Positions 28,501-41,479 of a stretch of 64,000 bases of DNA are shown piece after piece. Numbering within the stretch: position 1 is the stretch's first letter; the number at the start of each line of letters is the position of its first letter. The position numbers and the translations under genes are program-made. The stretch lies in the NCBI GenBank assembly GCA_964016885.1, contig CAXHJY010000973.1, positions 434,001 through 498,000 on the forward strand, read 5' to 3'. The DNA is from Eledone cirrhosa (taxonomy: Eukaryota). Under the pieces are notes generated by a model, which did no database searches, was not told the origin of the DNA, and saw nothing but the letters and a program-made list of their open reading frames with translations.

Positions 28501-29000
28501 TGGAACAAACTACCTTCATCAGTTGTTAGCTGTAGAGACACTGCATCCTTTAAAACCTCCATGGAACAAACTACCTGCATCAGTTCTTACCTGTTGAGAC
28601 ACTGCATCCTTTAAAACCTCCATGGAACAAACTACCTGCATCAGTTCTTAGCTGTTGACACGTTGCATCCTTTAAAACCTCTATGGAACAAACTACCTCC
28701 ATCTGTTGTTAGCTGTTGAGACACTGCATCCTTTAAAATCTCCATGGAACAAACTACCTGCATCAGTTCTTACCTGTTGAGACACTGCATCCTTTAAAAC
28801 CTCCATGGAACAAACTACCTGCATCAGTTGTTAGCTGTCCAGACACTGCATCCTTTAAAACCTCCATGGAACAAACTACCTTCATCAGTTGTTAGCTGCT
28901 GAGACACTGCATCCTTTAAAACCGCCATGGAACAAACTACCTACATCAGTTGTTAGCTGTTGAGACATGGCATCCATTAAAACCTCTCTGGAACAAACTA
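25560..29000. repeat. Diverged fourth copy of the 54-mer HOR, including the left flank of copy 1 (offset ~10.3 kb)
   Basis: CACGG at 15203 and 25573. AAACTATTTG and AAACTAATTG at 15331 and 25701. GGCACTGC at 15361 and 25731 (all 10,370 = 170x61). ACCAGC at 26196, CATGAG at 26751, CATGTAAC at 28320. Confidence 0.8.
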
Positions 29001-31780
29001 CCTCCATCAGTTGTTAGCTGTTGAGACACTGCATCCTTTAAAACCTCCCTGGAACAAACTACCTTCATCAGTTGTTAGCTGCTGAGACACTGCATCCTTT
29101 AAAACCTCCATGGAACAAACTACCTTCATCAGTTGTTAGCTGTCGAGACACTGCATTCTTTAAAACCTCCATGGAACAAACTACCTCCATCAGTTGTTAG
29201 CTGTTGAGACATTGCATCCTTTAAAACCTCTATGGAACAAACTACCTCCATTAGTTGTTAGCTGTTGAGACACTGCATCCTTTAAAACCTCCGTGGAAAA
29301 AACTCCCTGCATCAGTTGCTAGTAGTTGAGACACCGAATCTTTTTAAACCTCCATGGAACAAACTACCTCCATCAGTTGTTAGCTGTTGACACGTTGCAT
29401 CCTTTAAAACTTCTATGGAACAAACTACCTCCATCAGTTGTTAGCTGTTGAGACACTGCATCCTTTAAAACCTCCATGGAACAAATTACCTGCATCAGTT
29501 GTTACCTGTTGAGACACTGCATCCTTTAAAACCTCTATGGAGCAAACTATCTGCATCAGTTGTTAGCTGCTGAGACACTGCATCCTTTAAAACCTCCATG
29601 GAACAAACTACCTGCATCAGTTGTTAGCTGTTGAGACATTGCATCCTTTAAAACCTCTATGGAACAAACTACCTCCATCAGTTGTTAGCTGTTGAGACAC
29701 TGCATCCTTTAAAACCTCCATGGAACAAACTACCTGCATCAGTTGTTAGCTGTCCAGAGACTGCATCCTTTAAAACCTCCATGGAACAAACTACCTTCAT
29801 CAGTTGTTACCTGTCGATACACTGCATCCTTTAAAACCTCCATGGAACAAACTACCTGCATCAGTTGTTAGCTGTTGAGACATTGCATCCTTTAAAACCT
29901 CCATGGAACAAACTACCTACATCAGTTGTTAGCTGTTGAGACACTGCATCCTTTAAAACCTCCGTGGAAAAAACTCCCTGCATCAGTTGCTAGTAGTTGA
30001 GACACTGCATCCTTTAAAACCTCCATGGAACAAACTACCTTCATCAGTTGTTACCTGTCGATACACGGCATCCTTTAAAACCTCCATGGAACAAACTACC
30101 TTCATCAGTTGTTAACTGTCGATACACGGCATCCTTTAAAACCTCCATGGAACAAACTACCTGCATCAGTTGTTAGCTGTTGAGACACTGCATCCTTTAA
30201 AACCTCCATGTAACAAACTACCTGCATCAGTTGTTAGCTGTCAAGACACTGCAGCCTTTAAAATCTCCATGGAACAAACTACCTTCATCAGTTGTTACCT
30301 GTCGATACACTGCATCCTTTAAAACCTCGATGGAACAAACTACCTTCATCAGTTGTTAGCTGACGAGACACTGTATCCTTTAAAACCTCCATGGAACAAA
30401 CTACCTTCATCAGTTGTTAGCTGTAGAGACACTGCATCCTTTAAAACCTCCATGGAACAAACTACCTGCATCAGTTCTTACCTGTTGAGACACTGCATCC
30501 TTTAAAACCTCCATGGAACAAACTACCTGCATCAGTTCTTAGCTGTTGACACGTTGCATCCTTTAAAACCTCTATGGAACAAACTACCTCCATCTGTTGT
30601 TAGCTGTTGAGACACTGCATCCTTTAAAATCTCCATGGAACAAACTACCTGCATCAGTTCTTACCTGTTGAGACACTGCATCCTTTAAAACCTCCATGGA
30701 ACAAACTACCTGCATCAGTTGTTAGCTGTCCAGACACTGCATCCTTTAAAACCTCCATGGAACAAACTACCTTCATCAGTTGTTAGCTGCTGAGACACTG
30801 CATCCTTTAAAACCGCCATGGAACAAACTACCTACATCAGTTGTTAGCTGTTGAGACATGGCATCCATTAAAACCTCTCTGGAACAAACTACCTCCATCA
30901 GTTGTTAGCTGTTGAGACACTGCATCCTTTAAAACCTCCCTGGAACAAACTACCTTCATCAGTTGTTAGCTGCTGAGACACTGCATCCTTTAAAACCTCC
31001 ATGGAACAAACTACCTTCATCAGTTGTTAGCTGTCGAGACACTGCATTCTTTAAAACCTCCATGGAACAAACTACCTCCATCAGTTGTTAGCTGTTGAGA
31101 CATTGCATCCTTTAAAACCTCTATGGAACAAACTACCTCCATTAGTTCTTAGCTGTTGAGACACTGCATCCTTTAAAACCTCCGTGGAAAAAACTCCCTG
31201 CATCAGTTGCTAGTAGTTGAGACACTGAATCTTTTTAAACCTCCATGGAACAAACTACCTCCATCAGTTGTTAGCTGTTGACACGTTGCATCCTTTAAAA
31301 CTTCTATGGAACAAACTACCTCCATCAGTTGTTAGCTGTTGAGACACTGCATCCTTTAAAACCTCCATGGAACAAATTACCTGCATCAGTTGTTACCTGT
31401 TGAGACACTGCATCCTTTAAAACCTCTATGGAGCAAACTATCTGCATCAGTTGTTAGCTGCTGAGACACTGCATCCTTTAAAACCTCCATGGAACAAACT
31501 ACCTGCATCAGTTGTTAGCTGTTGAGACATTGCATCCTTTAAAACCTCTATGGAACAAACTACCTCCATCAGTTGTTAGCTGTTGAGACACTGCATCCTT
31601 TAAAACCTCCATGGAACAAACTACCTGCATCAGTTGTTAGCTGTCCAGAGACTGCATCCTTTAAAACCTCCATGGAACAAACTACCTTCATCAGTTGTTA
31701 CCTGTCGATACACTGCATCCTTTAAAACCTCCATGGAACAAACTACCTGCATCAGTTGTTAGCTGTTGAGACATTGCATC
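28000..31780. repeat. Tandem duplication of 31 monomers (1,891 bp x2)
   Basis: CATGTAAC at 28320 and 30211, CATCTGTTG at 28704 and 30595, CTCCCTGG at 29049 and 30940, CCATTAG at 29252 and 31143. All are 1,891 bp apart. Confidence 0.92.
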
Positions 31781-34700
31781 CTTTAAAACCTCTATGGAAC
31801 AAACTACCTCCATCAGTTGTTAGCTGTTGAGACACTGCATCCTTTAAAACCTCCATGGAACAATCTACCTGCATCAGTGGTTACCTGTTGAGACACTGCA
31901 TCCTTTAAAACCTCTATGGAACAAGCTACATCCATCAGTTGTTAGCTGTTGAGACACTGCATCCTTTAAAACCTCCGTGGAAAAAACTCCCTGCATCAGT
32001 TGCTAGCAGTTGAGACACTGAATCTTTTAAAACCTCCATGGAACAAACTACCTACATCAGTTGTTAGCTGTTGAGACACTGCATCCTTTAAAACCTCCGT
32101 GGAAAAAACTCCCTGCATCAGTTGCTAGTAGTTGAGACACTGAATCTTTTAAAACCTCCATGGATCAAACTACCTGCATCAGTTCTTAGCTGTTGAGACA
32201 CTGCATCCTTTAAAACCTCCATGGAACAAACTACCTTCATCAGTTGTTACCTGTCGATACACGGCATCCTTTAAAACCTCCATGGAACAAACTACCTGCA
32301 TCAGTTGTTAGCTGTTGAGACACTGCATCCTTTAAAACCTCCATGGAACAAACTACCTGCATCAGTTGTTAGCTGTCAAGACACTGCAGCCTTTAAAATC
32401 TCCATGGAACAAACTACCTTCATCAGTTGTTAGCTGTCCAGACACTGCATCCTTCAAAACCTCGATGGAACAAACTACCTTCATCAGTTGTTAGCTGTTG
32501 AGACACTGCATCCTTTAAAACCGCCATGGAACAAACTACCTACATCAGTTGTTAGCTGTTGAGACATGGCATCCATTAAAACCTCTCTGGAACAAACTAC
32601 CTCCATCAGTTGTTAGCTGTTGAGACACTGCATCCTTTAAAACCTCCATGGAACAAACTACCTTCATCAGTTGTTAGCTGTTGACAAGTTGCATCCTTCA
32701 AAACCTCGATGGAACAAACTACCTTCATCAGTTGTTAGCTGCTGAGACACTGCATCCTTTAAAACCTCCATGGAACAAACTACCTCCATCAGTTGTTAGC
32801 TGTTGAGACATTGCATCCTTTAAAACCTCTATGGAACAAACTACCTCCATCAGTTGTTAGCTGTTGAGACATTGCATCCTTTAAAACCTCTATGGAACAA
32901 ACTACCTCCATCAGTTGTTAGCTGTTGAGACACTGCATCCTTTAAAACCTCCATGGAACAAACTACCTGCATCAGTTGTTAGCTGCTGAGACACTGCATC
33001 CTTTAAAACCTCCATGGAAAAAACTACCTTCATCAGTTGTTAGCTGTCCAGAGACTGCATCCTTTAAACTTCCATGGAACAAACTACCTTCATCAGTTGT
33101 TACCTGTCGATACACTGCATCCTTTAAAACCTCCATGGAACAAACTACCTGCATCAGTTGTTAGCTGTTGAGACATTGCATCCTTTAAAACCTCTATGGA
33201 ACAAACTACCTCCATCAGTTGTTAGCTGTTGAGACACTGCATCCTTTAAAACCTCCATGGAACAATCTACCTGCATCAGTGGTTACCTGTTGAGACACTG
33301 CATCCTTTAAAACCTCTATGGAACAAACTACCTCCATCAGTTGTTAGCTGTTGAGACATTGCATCCTTTAAAACCTCCGTGGAAAAAACTCTCTGCATCA
33401 GTTGCTAGCAGTTGAGACACTGAATCTTTTAAAACCTCCATGGAACAAACTACCTGCATCAGTTGTTAGCTGTTGAGACACTGCATCCTTTAAAACCTCT
33501 GTGGAAAAAACTCCCTGCATCAGTTGCTAGTAGTTGAGACACTGAATCTTTTAAAACCTCCATGGAACAAACGACCTGCATCAGTTGTTAGCTGTTGAGA
33601 CACTGCATCCTTTAAAACCTCCATGGAACAAACTACCTGCATCAGTTGTTAGCTGTTGAGACATTGCATCCTTTAAAACCTCTATGGAACAAACTACCTC
33701 CATCTTTTGTTAGCTGTTGAGACACTGCATCCTTTAAAACCTCCATGGAACAAACTACCTGCATCAGTTGTTAGCTGCTGAGACACTGCATCCTTTAAAA
33801 CCTCCATGGAACAAACCACCTTCATCAGTTGTTAGCTGTCGAGACACTGCATCCTTTAAAACCTCCATGGAACAAACTACCTGCATCAGTTGTTAGCTGT
33901 TGAGACATTGCATACTTTAAAACCTCTATGGAACAAACTACCTCCATCAGTTGTTAGCTGTTGAGACACTGCATCCTTTAAAACCTCCGTGGAAAAAACT
34001 CCCTGCATCAGTTGCTAGCAGTTGAGACTCTGCATCTTTTAAAACCTCTATGGAACAAACTACCTCCATCAGTTGTTAGATGTTGAGACACTGCATCCTT
34101 TAAAACCTCCATGGAACAAACTACCTGCATCAGTTGTTACCTGTTGAGACACTGTATCCTTTAAAACCTCCATGGAACAAACTATCTGCATCAGTTGCTA
34201 GCTGCTGAGACACTGCATCCTTTAAAACCTCAATGGAACAAACTACCTTCATCAGTTGTTGCCTGTCGATACACTGCATCCTTTAAAACCTCCATGGAAC
34301 AAACTACCTGCATCAGTTGTTAGCTGTTGAGACATTGCATCCTTTAAAACCTCTATGGAACAAACTACCTCCATCAGTTGTTAGCTGTTGAGACACTGAA
34401 TCTTTTAAAAGCTCCATGGAACAAACTACCTGCATCAGTTGTTAGCTGTAGAGACACTGCATCCTTTAAAACCTCCATGGAACAAACTACCTGCATCAGT
34501 TCTTAGCTGTTGACACGTTGCATCCTTTAAAACCTCCATGGAACAAACTACCTTCATCAGTTGTTAGCTGTTGAGACACTGCATCCTTTAAAACCTCCAT
34601 GGAACAAACTACCTTCATCAGTTGTTAGCTGTTGAGACACTGCATCCTTTAAAACCTCTATGGAACAAACTACCTCCATCAGTTGTTACCTGTTGAGACA

Positions 34701-37700
34701 CTGCATCCTTTAAAACCTCCATGGAACAAACTACCTGCATCAGTTGTTAGCTGTCGAGACACTGCATCCTTTAAAACCTCCATGGAACAAACTACCTTCA
34801 TCAGTTGTTAGCTGTTGAGACACTGCATCCTTTAAAACCTCCATGGAACAAACTACCTTCATCAGTTGTTAGCTGTTGAGACACTGCATCCTTTAAAACC
34901 TCTATGGAACAAACTACCTCCATCAGTTGTTACCTGTTGAGACACTGCATCCTTTAAAACCTCCATGGAACAAACTACCTGCATCAGTTGTTAGCTGTCG
35001 AGACACTGCATCCTTTAAAACCTCCATGGAACAAACTACCTGCATCAGTTGTTAGCTGTCCAGACACTGCATCCTTTAAAACCTCGATGGAACAAACTAC
35101 CTTCATCAGTTGTTAGCTGCTGAGACACTGCATCCTTTAAAACCTCCATGGAACAAACTACCTTCATCAGTTGTTAGCTGTTGAGACACTGCATCCTTTA
35201 AAACCTCCATGGAACAAACTACCTGCATCAGTTGTTAGCTGTTGAGACATTGCATCCTTTAAAACCTCTATGGAACAAACTACCTCCATCAGTTGTTAGC
35301 TGTTGAGACACTGCATCCTTTAAAACCTCCATGGAACAAACTACCTGCATCAGTTGTTAGCTGTCCACAGACTGCATCCTTTAAAACCTCCATGGAACAA
35401 ACTACCTTCATCAGTTGTTAGCTGCTGAGACACTGCATCCTTTAAAACCTCCATGGAACAAACTACCTGCATCAGTTGTTAGCTGTTGAGACATTGCATC
35501 CTTTAAAACCTCTATGGAACAAACTACCTCCATCAGTTGTTAGCTGTTGAGACACTGCATCCTTTAAAACCTCCATGGAACAATCTACCTGCATCAGTGT
35601 TTACCCTGTTGAGACACTGCATCCTTTAAAACCTCTATGGAACAAACTACATCCATCAGTTGTTAGCTGTTGAGACACTGCATCCTTTAAAACCTCCGTG
35701 GAAAAAACTCCCTGCATCAGTTGCTAGCAGTTGAGACACTGAATCTTTTAAAACCTCCATGGAACAAACTACCTACATCAGTTGTTAGCTGTTGAGACAC
35801 TGCATCCTTTAAAACCTCCGTGGAAAAAACTCCCTGCATCAGTTGCTAGCAGTTGAGACACTGAATCTTTTAAAACCTCCATGGAACAAACTCCCTACAT
35901 CAGTTCTTAGCTGTTGAGACACTGCATCCTTTAAAACCTCCATGGAACAAACTACCTGCATCAGTTGTTAGCTGTCAAGACACTGCAGCCTTTAAAATCT
36001 CCATGGAACAAACTACCTTCATCAGTTGTTACCTGTCGATACACTGCATCCTTTAAAGCCTCGATGGAACAAACTACCTTCATCAGTTGTTAGCTGACGA
36101 GACACTGTATCCTTTAAAACCTCCATGGAACAAACTACCTTCATCAGTTGTTAGCTGTAGAGACACTGCATCCTTTAAAACCTCTATGGAACAAACTACC
36201 TCCATCAGTTCTTAGCTGTTGAGACACTGCATCCTTTAAAACCTCCATGGAACAAACTACCTGCATCAGTTCTTAGCTGTTGACACGTTGCATCCTTTAA
36301 AACCTCTATGGAACAAACTACCTCCATCAGTTGTTAGCTGTTGAGACACTGCATCCTTTAAAACCTCCATGGAACAAACTACCTGCATCAGTTCTTACCT
36401 GTTGAGACACTGCATCCTTTAAAACCTCCATGGAACAAACTACCTGCATCAGTTGTTAGCTGTCCAGACACTGCATCCTTTAAAACCTCGATGGAACAAA
36501 CTACCTTCATCAGTTGTTAGCTGCTGAGACACTGCATCCTTTAAAACCTCCATGGAACAAACTACCTGCATCAGTTGTTAGCTGTTGAGACATTGCATCC
36601 TTTAAAACCTCTATGGAACAAACTACCTCCATCAGTTGTTAGCTGTTGAGACACTGCATCCTTTAAAACCTCCATGGAACAAACTACCTGCATCAGTTGT
36701 TAGCTGTCCAGAGACTGCATCCTTTAAAACCTCCATGGAACAAACTACCTTCATCAGTTGTTACCTGTCGATACACTGCATCCTTTAAAACCTCCATGGA
36801 ACAAACTACCTGCATCAGTTGTTAGCTGTTGAGACATTGCATCCTTTAAAACCTCTATGGAACAAACTACCTCCATCAGTTGTTAGCTGTTGAGACACTG
36901 CAGCCTTTAAAACCTCCATGGAACAATCTACCTGCATCAGTGGTTACCTGTTGAGACACTGCATCCTTTAAAACCTCTATGGAACAAGCTACATCCATCA
37001 GTTGTTAGCTGTTGAGACACTGCATCCTTTAAAACCTCCGTGGAAAAAACTCCCTGCATCAGTTGCTAGCAGTTGAGACACTGAATCTTTTAAAACCTCC
37101 ATGGAACAAACTACCTACATCAGTTGTTAGCTGTTGAGACACTGCATCCTTTAAAACCTCCGTGGAAAAAACTCCCTGCATCAGTTGCTAGTAGTTGAGA
37201 CACTGAATCTTTTAAAACCTCCATGGATCAAACTACCTGCATCAGTTCTTAGCTGTTGAGACACTGCATCCTTTAAAACCTCCATGGAACAAACTACCTT
37301 CATCAGTTGTTACCTGTCGATACACGGCATCCTTTAAAACCTCCATGGAACAAACTACCTGCATCAGTTGTTAGCTGTCAAGACACTGCAGCCTTTAAAA
37401 TCTCCATGGAACAAACTACCTTCATCAGTTGTTAGCTGTCCAGACATTGCATCCTTTAAAACCTCTATGGAACAAACTATCTGCATCAGTTGTTAGCTGC
37501 TGAGACACTGCATCCTTTAAAACCTCCATGGAACAAACTACCTGCATCAGTTGTTAGCTGTTGAGACATTGCATCCTTTAAAACCTCTATGGAACAAACT
37601 ACCTCCATCAGTTGTTAGCTGTTGAGACACTGCATCCTTTAAAACCTCCATGGAACAAACTACCTGCATCAGTTGTTAGCTGCTGAGACACTGCATCCTT

Positions 37701-40700
37701 TAAAACCTCCATGGAAAAAACTACCTCCATCAGTTGTTAGCTGTTGAGACACTGCATCCTTTAAAACCTCCATGGAACAATCTACCTGCATCAGTGGTTA
37801 CCTGTTGAGACACTGCATCCTTTAAAACCTCTATGGAACAAACTACCTCCATCAGTTGTTAGCTGTTGAGACACTGCATCCTTTAAAACCTCCGTGGAAA
37901 AAAATTCCCTGCATCAGTTGCTAGCAGTTGAGACACTGAATCTTTTAAAACCTCCATGGAACAAACTACCTGCATCAGTTGTTAGCTGTTGAGACACTGC
38001 ATCCTTTAAAACCTCTGTGGAAAAAACTCCCTGCATCAGTTGCTAGTAGTTGAGACACTGAATCTTTTAAAACCTCCATGGAACAAACGACCTGCATCAG
38101 TTGTTAGCTGTTGAGACACTGCATCCTTTAAAACCTCCATGGAACAAACTACCTGCATCAGTTGTTAGCTGTTGAGACATTGCATCCTTTAAAACCTCTA
38201 TGGAACAAACTACCTCCATCTTTTGTTAGCTGTTGAGACACTGCATCCTTTAAAACCTCCATGGAACAAACTACCTGCATCAGTTGTTAGCTGCTGAGAC
38301 ACTGCATCCTTTAAAACCTCCATGGAACAAACCACCTTCATCAGTTGTTAGCTGTCGAGACACTGCATCCTTTAAAACCTCCATGGAACAAACTACCTGC
38401 ATCAGTTGTTAGCTGTTGAGACATTGCATCCTTTAAAACCTCTATGGAACAAACTACCTCCATCAGTTGTTAGCTGTTGAGACACTGCATCCTTTAAAAC
38501 CTCCGTGGAAAAAACTCCCTGCATCAGTTGCTAGCAGTTGAGACTCTGCATCTTTTAAAACCTCTATGGAACAAACTACCTCCATCAGTTGTTAGATGTT
38601 GAGACACTGCATCCTTTAAAACCTCCATGGAACAAACTACCTGCATCAGTTCTTACCTGTTGAGACACTGTATCCTTTAAAACCTCCATGGAACAAACTA
38701 TCTGCATCAGTTGCTAGCTGCTGAGACACTGCATCCTTTAAAACCTCAATGGAACAAACTACCTTCATCAGTTGTTACCTGTCGATACACTGCATCCTTT
38801 AAAACCTCCATGGAACAAACTACCTGCATCAGTTGTTAGCTGTTGAGACATTGCATCCTTTAAAACCTCTATGGAACAAACTACCTCCATCAGTTGTTAG
38901 CTGTTGAGACACTGAATCTTTTAAAAGCTCCATGGAACAAACTACCTGCATCAGTTGTTAGCTGTAGAGACACTGCATCCTTTAAAACCTCCATGGAACA
39001 AACTACCTGCATCAGTTCTTAGCTGTTGACACGTTGCATCCTTTAAAACCTCCATGGAACAAACTACCTTCATCAGTTGTTAGCTGTTGAGACACTGCAT
39101 CCTTTAAAACCTCCATGGAACAAACTACCTTCATCAGTTGTTAGCTGTTGAGACACTGCATCCTTTAAAACCTCTATGGAACAAACTACCTCCATCAGTT
39201 GTTAGCTGTTGAGACACTGCATCCTTTAAAACCTCCATGGAACAAACTACCTGCATCAGTTGTTAGCTGTCGAGACACTGCATCCTTTAAAACCTCCATG
39301 GAACAAACTACCTTCATCAGTTGTTAGCTGTTGAGACACTGCATCCGTTAAAACCTGCATGGAACAAACTACCTTCATCAGTTGTTAGCTGTTGAGACAC
39401 TGCATCCTTTAAAACCTCTATGGAACAAACTACCTCCATCAGTTGTTACCTGTTGAGACACTGCATCCTTTAAAACCTCCATGGAACAAACTACCTGCAT
39501 CAAGTGTTAGCTGTCGAGACACTGCATCCTTTAAAACCTCCATGGAACAAACTACCTGCATCAGTTGTTAGCTGTCCAGACACTGCATCCTTTAAAACCT
39601 CGATGGAACAAACTACCTTCATCAGTTGTTAGCTGCTGAGACACTGCATCCTTTAAAACCGCCATGGAACAAACTACCTACATCAGTTGTTAGCTGTTGA
39701 GACACTGCATCCTTTAAAACCTCCATGGAACAAACTACCTGCATCAGTTCTTAGCTGTTGAGACACTGCATTCTTTAAAACCTCCATGGAACAAACTACC
39801 TGCATCAGTTCTTAGCTGTTGACACGTTGCATCCTTTAAAACCTCCATGGAACAAACTACCTGCATCAGTTCTTAGCTGTTGAGACACTGCATTCTTTAA
39901 AACCTCCATGGAACAAACTACCTGCATCAGTTCTTAGCTGTTGAGACACTGCATTCTTTAAAACCTCCATGGAACAAACTACCTGCATCAGTTCTTAGCT
40001 GTTGAGACACTGCATCCTTTAAAACCTCTATGGAGCAAACTATCTGCATCAGTTGTTAGCTGCTGAGACACTGCATCCTTTAAAACCTCCATGGAACAAA
40101 CTACCTTCATCAGTTGTTAGCTGTTGAGACATTGCATCCTTTAAAACCTCTATGGAACAAACTACCTCCATCAGTTGTTAGCTGTTGAGACACTGCATCC
40201 TTTAAAACCTCCATGGAACAAACTACCTGCATCAGTTGTTAGCTGTCCACAGACTGCATCCTTTAAAACCTCCATGGAACAAACTACCTTCATCAGTTGT
40301 TAGCTGCTGAGACACTGCATCCTTTAAAACCTCCATGGAACAAACTACCTGCATCAGTTGTTAGCTGTTGAGACATTGCATCCTTTAAAACCTCTATGGA
40401 ACAAACTACCTCCATCAGTTGTTAGCTGTTGAGACACTGCATCCTTTAAAACCTCCGTGGAAAAAACTCCCTGCATCAGTTGCTAGCAGTTGAGACACTG
40501 AATCTTTTAAAACCTCCATGGAACAAACTACCTACATCAGTTGTTAGCTGTTGAGACACTGCATCCTTTAAAACCTCCGTGGAAAAAACTCCCTGCATCA
40601 GTTGCTAGCAGTTGAGACACTGAATCTTTTAAAACCTCCATGGAACAAACTCTCTACATCAGTTCTTAGCTGTTGAGACACTGCATCCTTTAAAACCTCC

Positions 40701-41300
40701 ATGGAACAAACTACCTGCATCAGTTGTTAGCTGTCAAGACACTGCAGCCTTTAAAATCTCCATGGAACAAACTACCTTCATCAGTTGTTACCTGTCGATA
40801 CACTGCATCCTTTAAAGCCTCGATGGAACAAACTACCTTCATCAGTTGTTAGCTGACGAGACACTGTATCCTTTAAAACCTCCATGGAACAAACTACCTT
40901 CATCAGTTGTTAGCTGTAGAGACACTGCATCCTTTAAAACCTCCATGGAACAAACTACCTGCATCAGTTCTTACCTGTTGAGACACTGCATCCTTTAAAA
41001 CCTCCATGGAACAAACTACCTGCATCAGTTCTTAGCTGTTGACACGTTGCATCCTTTAAAACCTCTATGGAACAAACTACCTCCATCAGTTGTTAGCTGT
41101 TGAGACACTGCATCCTTTAAAACCTCCATGGAACAAACTACCTGCATCAGTTCTTACCTGTTGAGACACTGCATCCTTTAAAACCTCCATGGAACAAACT
41201 ACCTGCATCAGTTGTTAGCTGTCCAGACACTGCATCCTTTAAAACCTCGATGGAACAAACTACCTTCATCAGTTGTTAGCTGCTGAGACACTGCATCCTT
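31500..41300. repeat. Imperfect large tandem duplication, ~4.5-5.1 kb unit (74-83 monomers)
   Basis: ACAAGCTAC at 31925 and 36988 (83 monomers). GACTCTGC at 34029 and 38545, CTCAATGG at 34232 and 38748, AAAAGCTCC at 34411 and 38927 (74 monomers +2 bp). GTCCACAG at 35368 and 40250 (80 +2 bp). AAAGCCTCG at 36058 and 40817 (78 +1 bp). Confidence 0.8.
34522..35010. repeat. Tandem duplication of a 4-monomer unit (244 bp x2)
   Basis: The monomer order (ACCTTC type, ACCTTC type, CTATGG/TTACCTG type, GTCGAG type) occurs twice in succession. A paralogous doublet lies at ~39,040-39,525. Confidence 0.8.
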
Positions 41301-41479
41301 TAAAACCTCCATGGAACAAACTACCTTCATCAGTTGTTAGCTGCTGAGACACTGCATCCTTTAAAACCGCCATGGAACAAACTACCTACATCAGTTGTTA
41401 GCTGTTGAGACATGGCATCCATTAAAACCTCTCTGGAACAAACTACCTCCATCAGTTGTTAGCTGTTGAGACACTGCAT

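Noticed and set aside
2964-33164. Eight 60-62 aa ORFs in the track (2964-3217, 7599-7912, 8268-8450, 32972-33164)
   Set aside because: Each overlaps one of the five 1-bp deletions, which lets a frame skip the stops otherwise met in every 183-bp cycle (TAA, TAG and TGA are in the monomer). The peptides are just translations of the satellite and appear on both strands.
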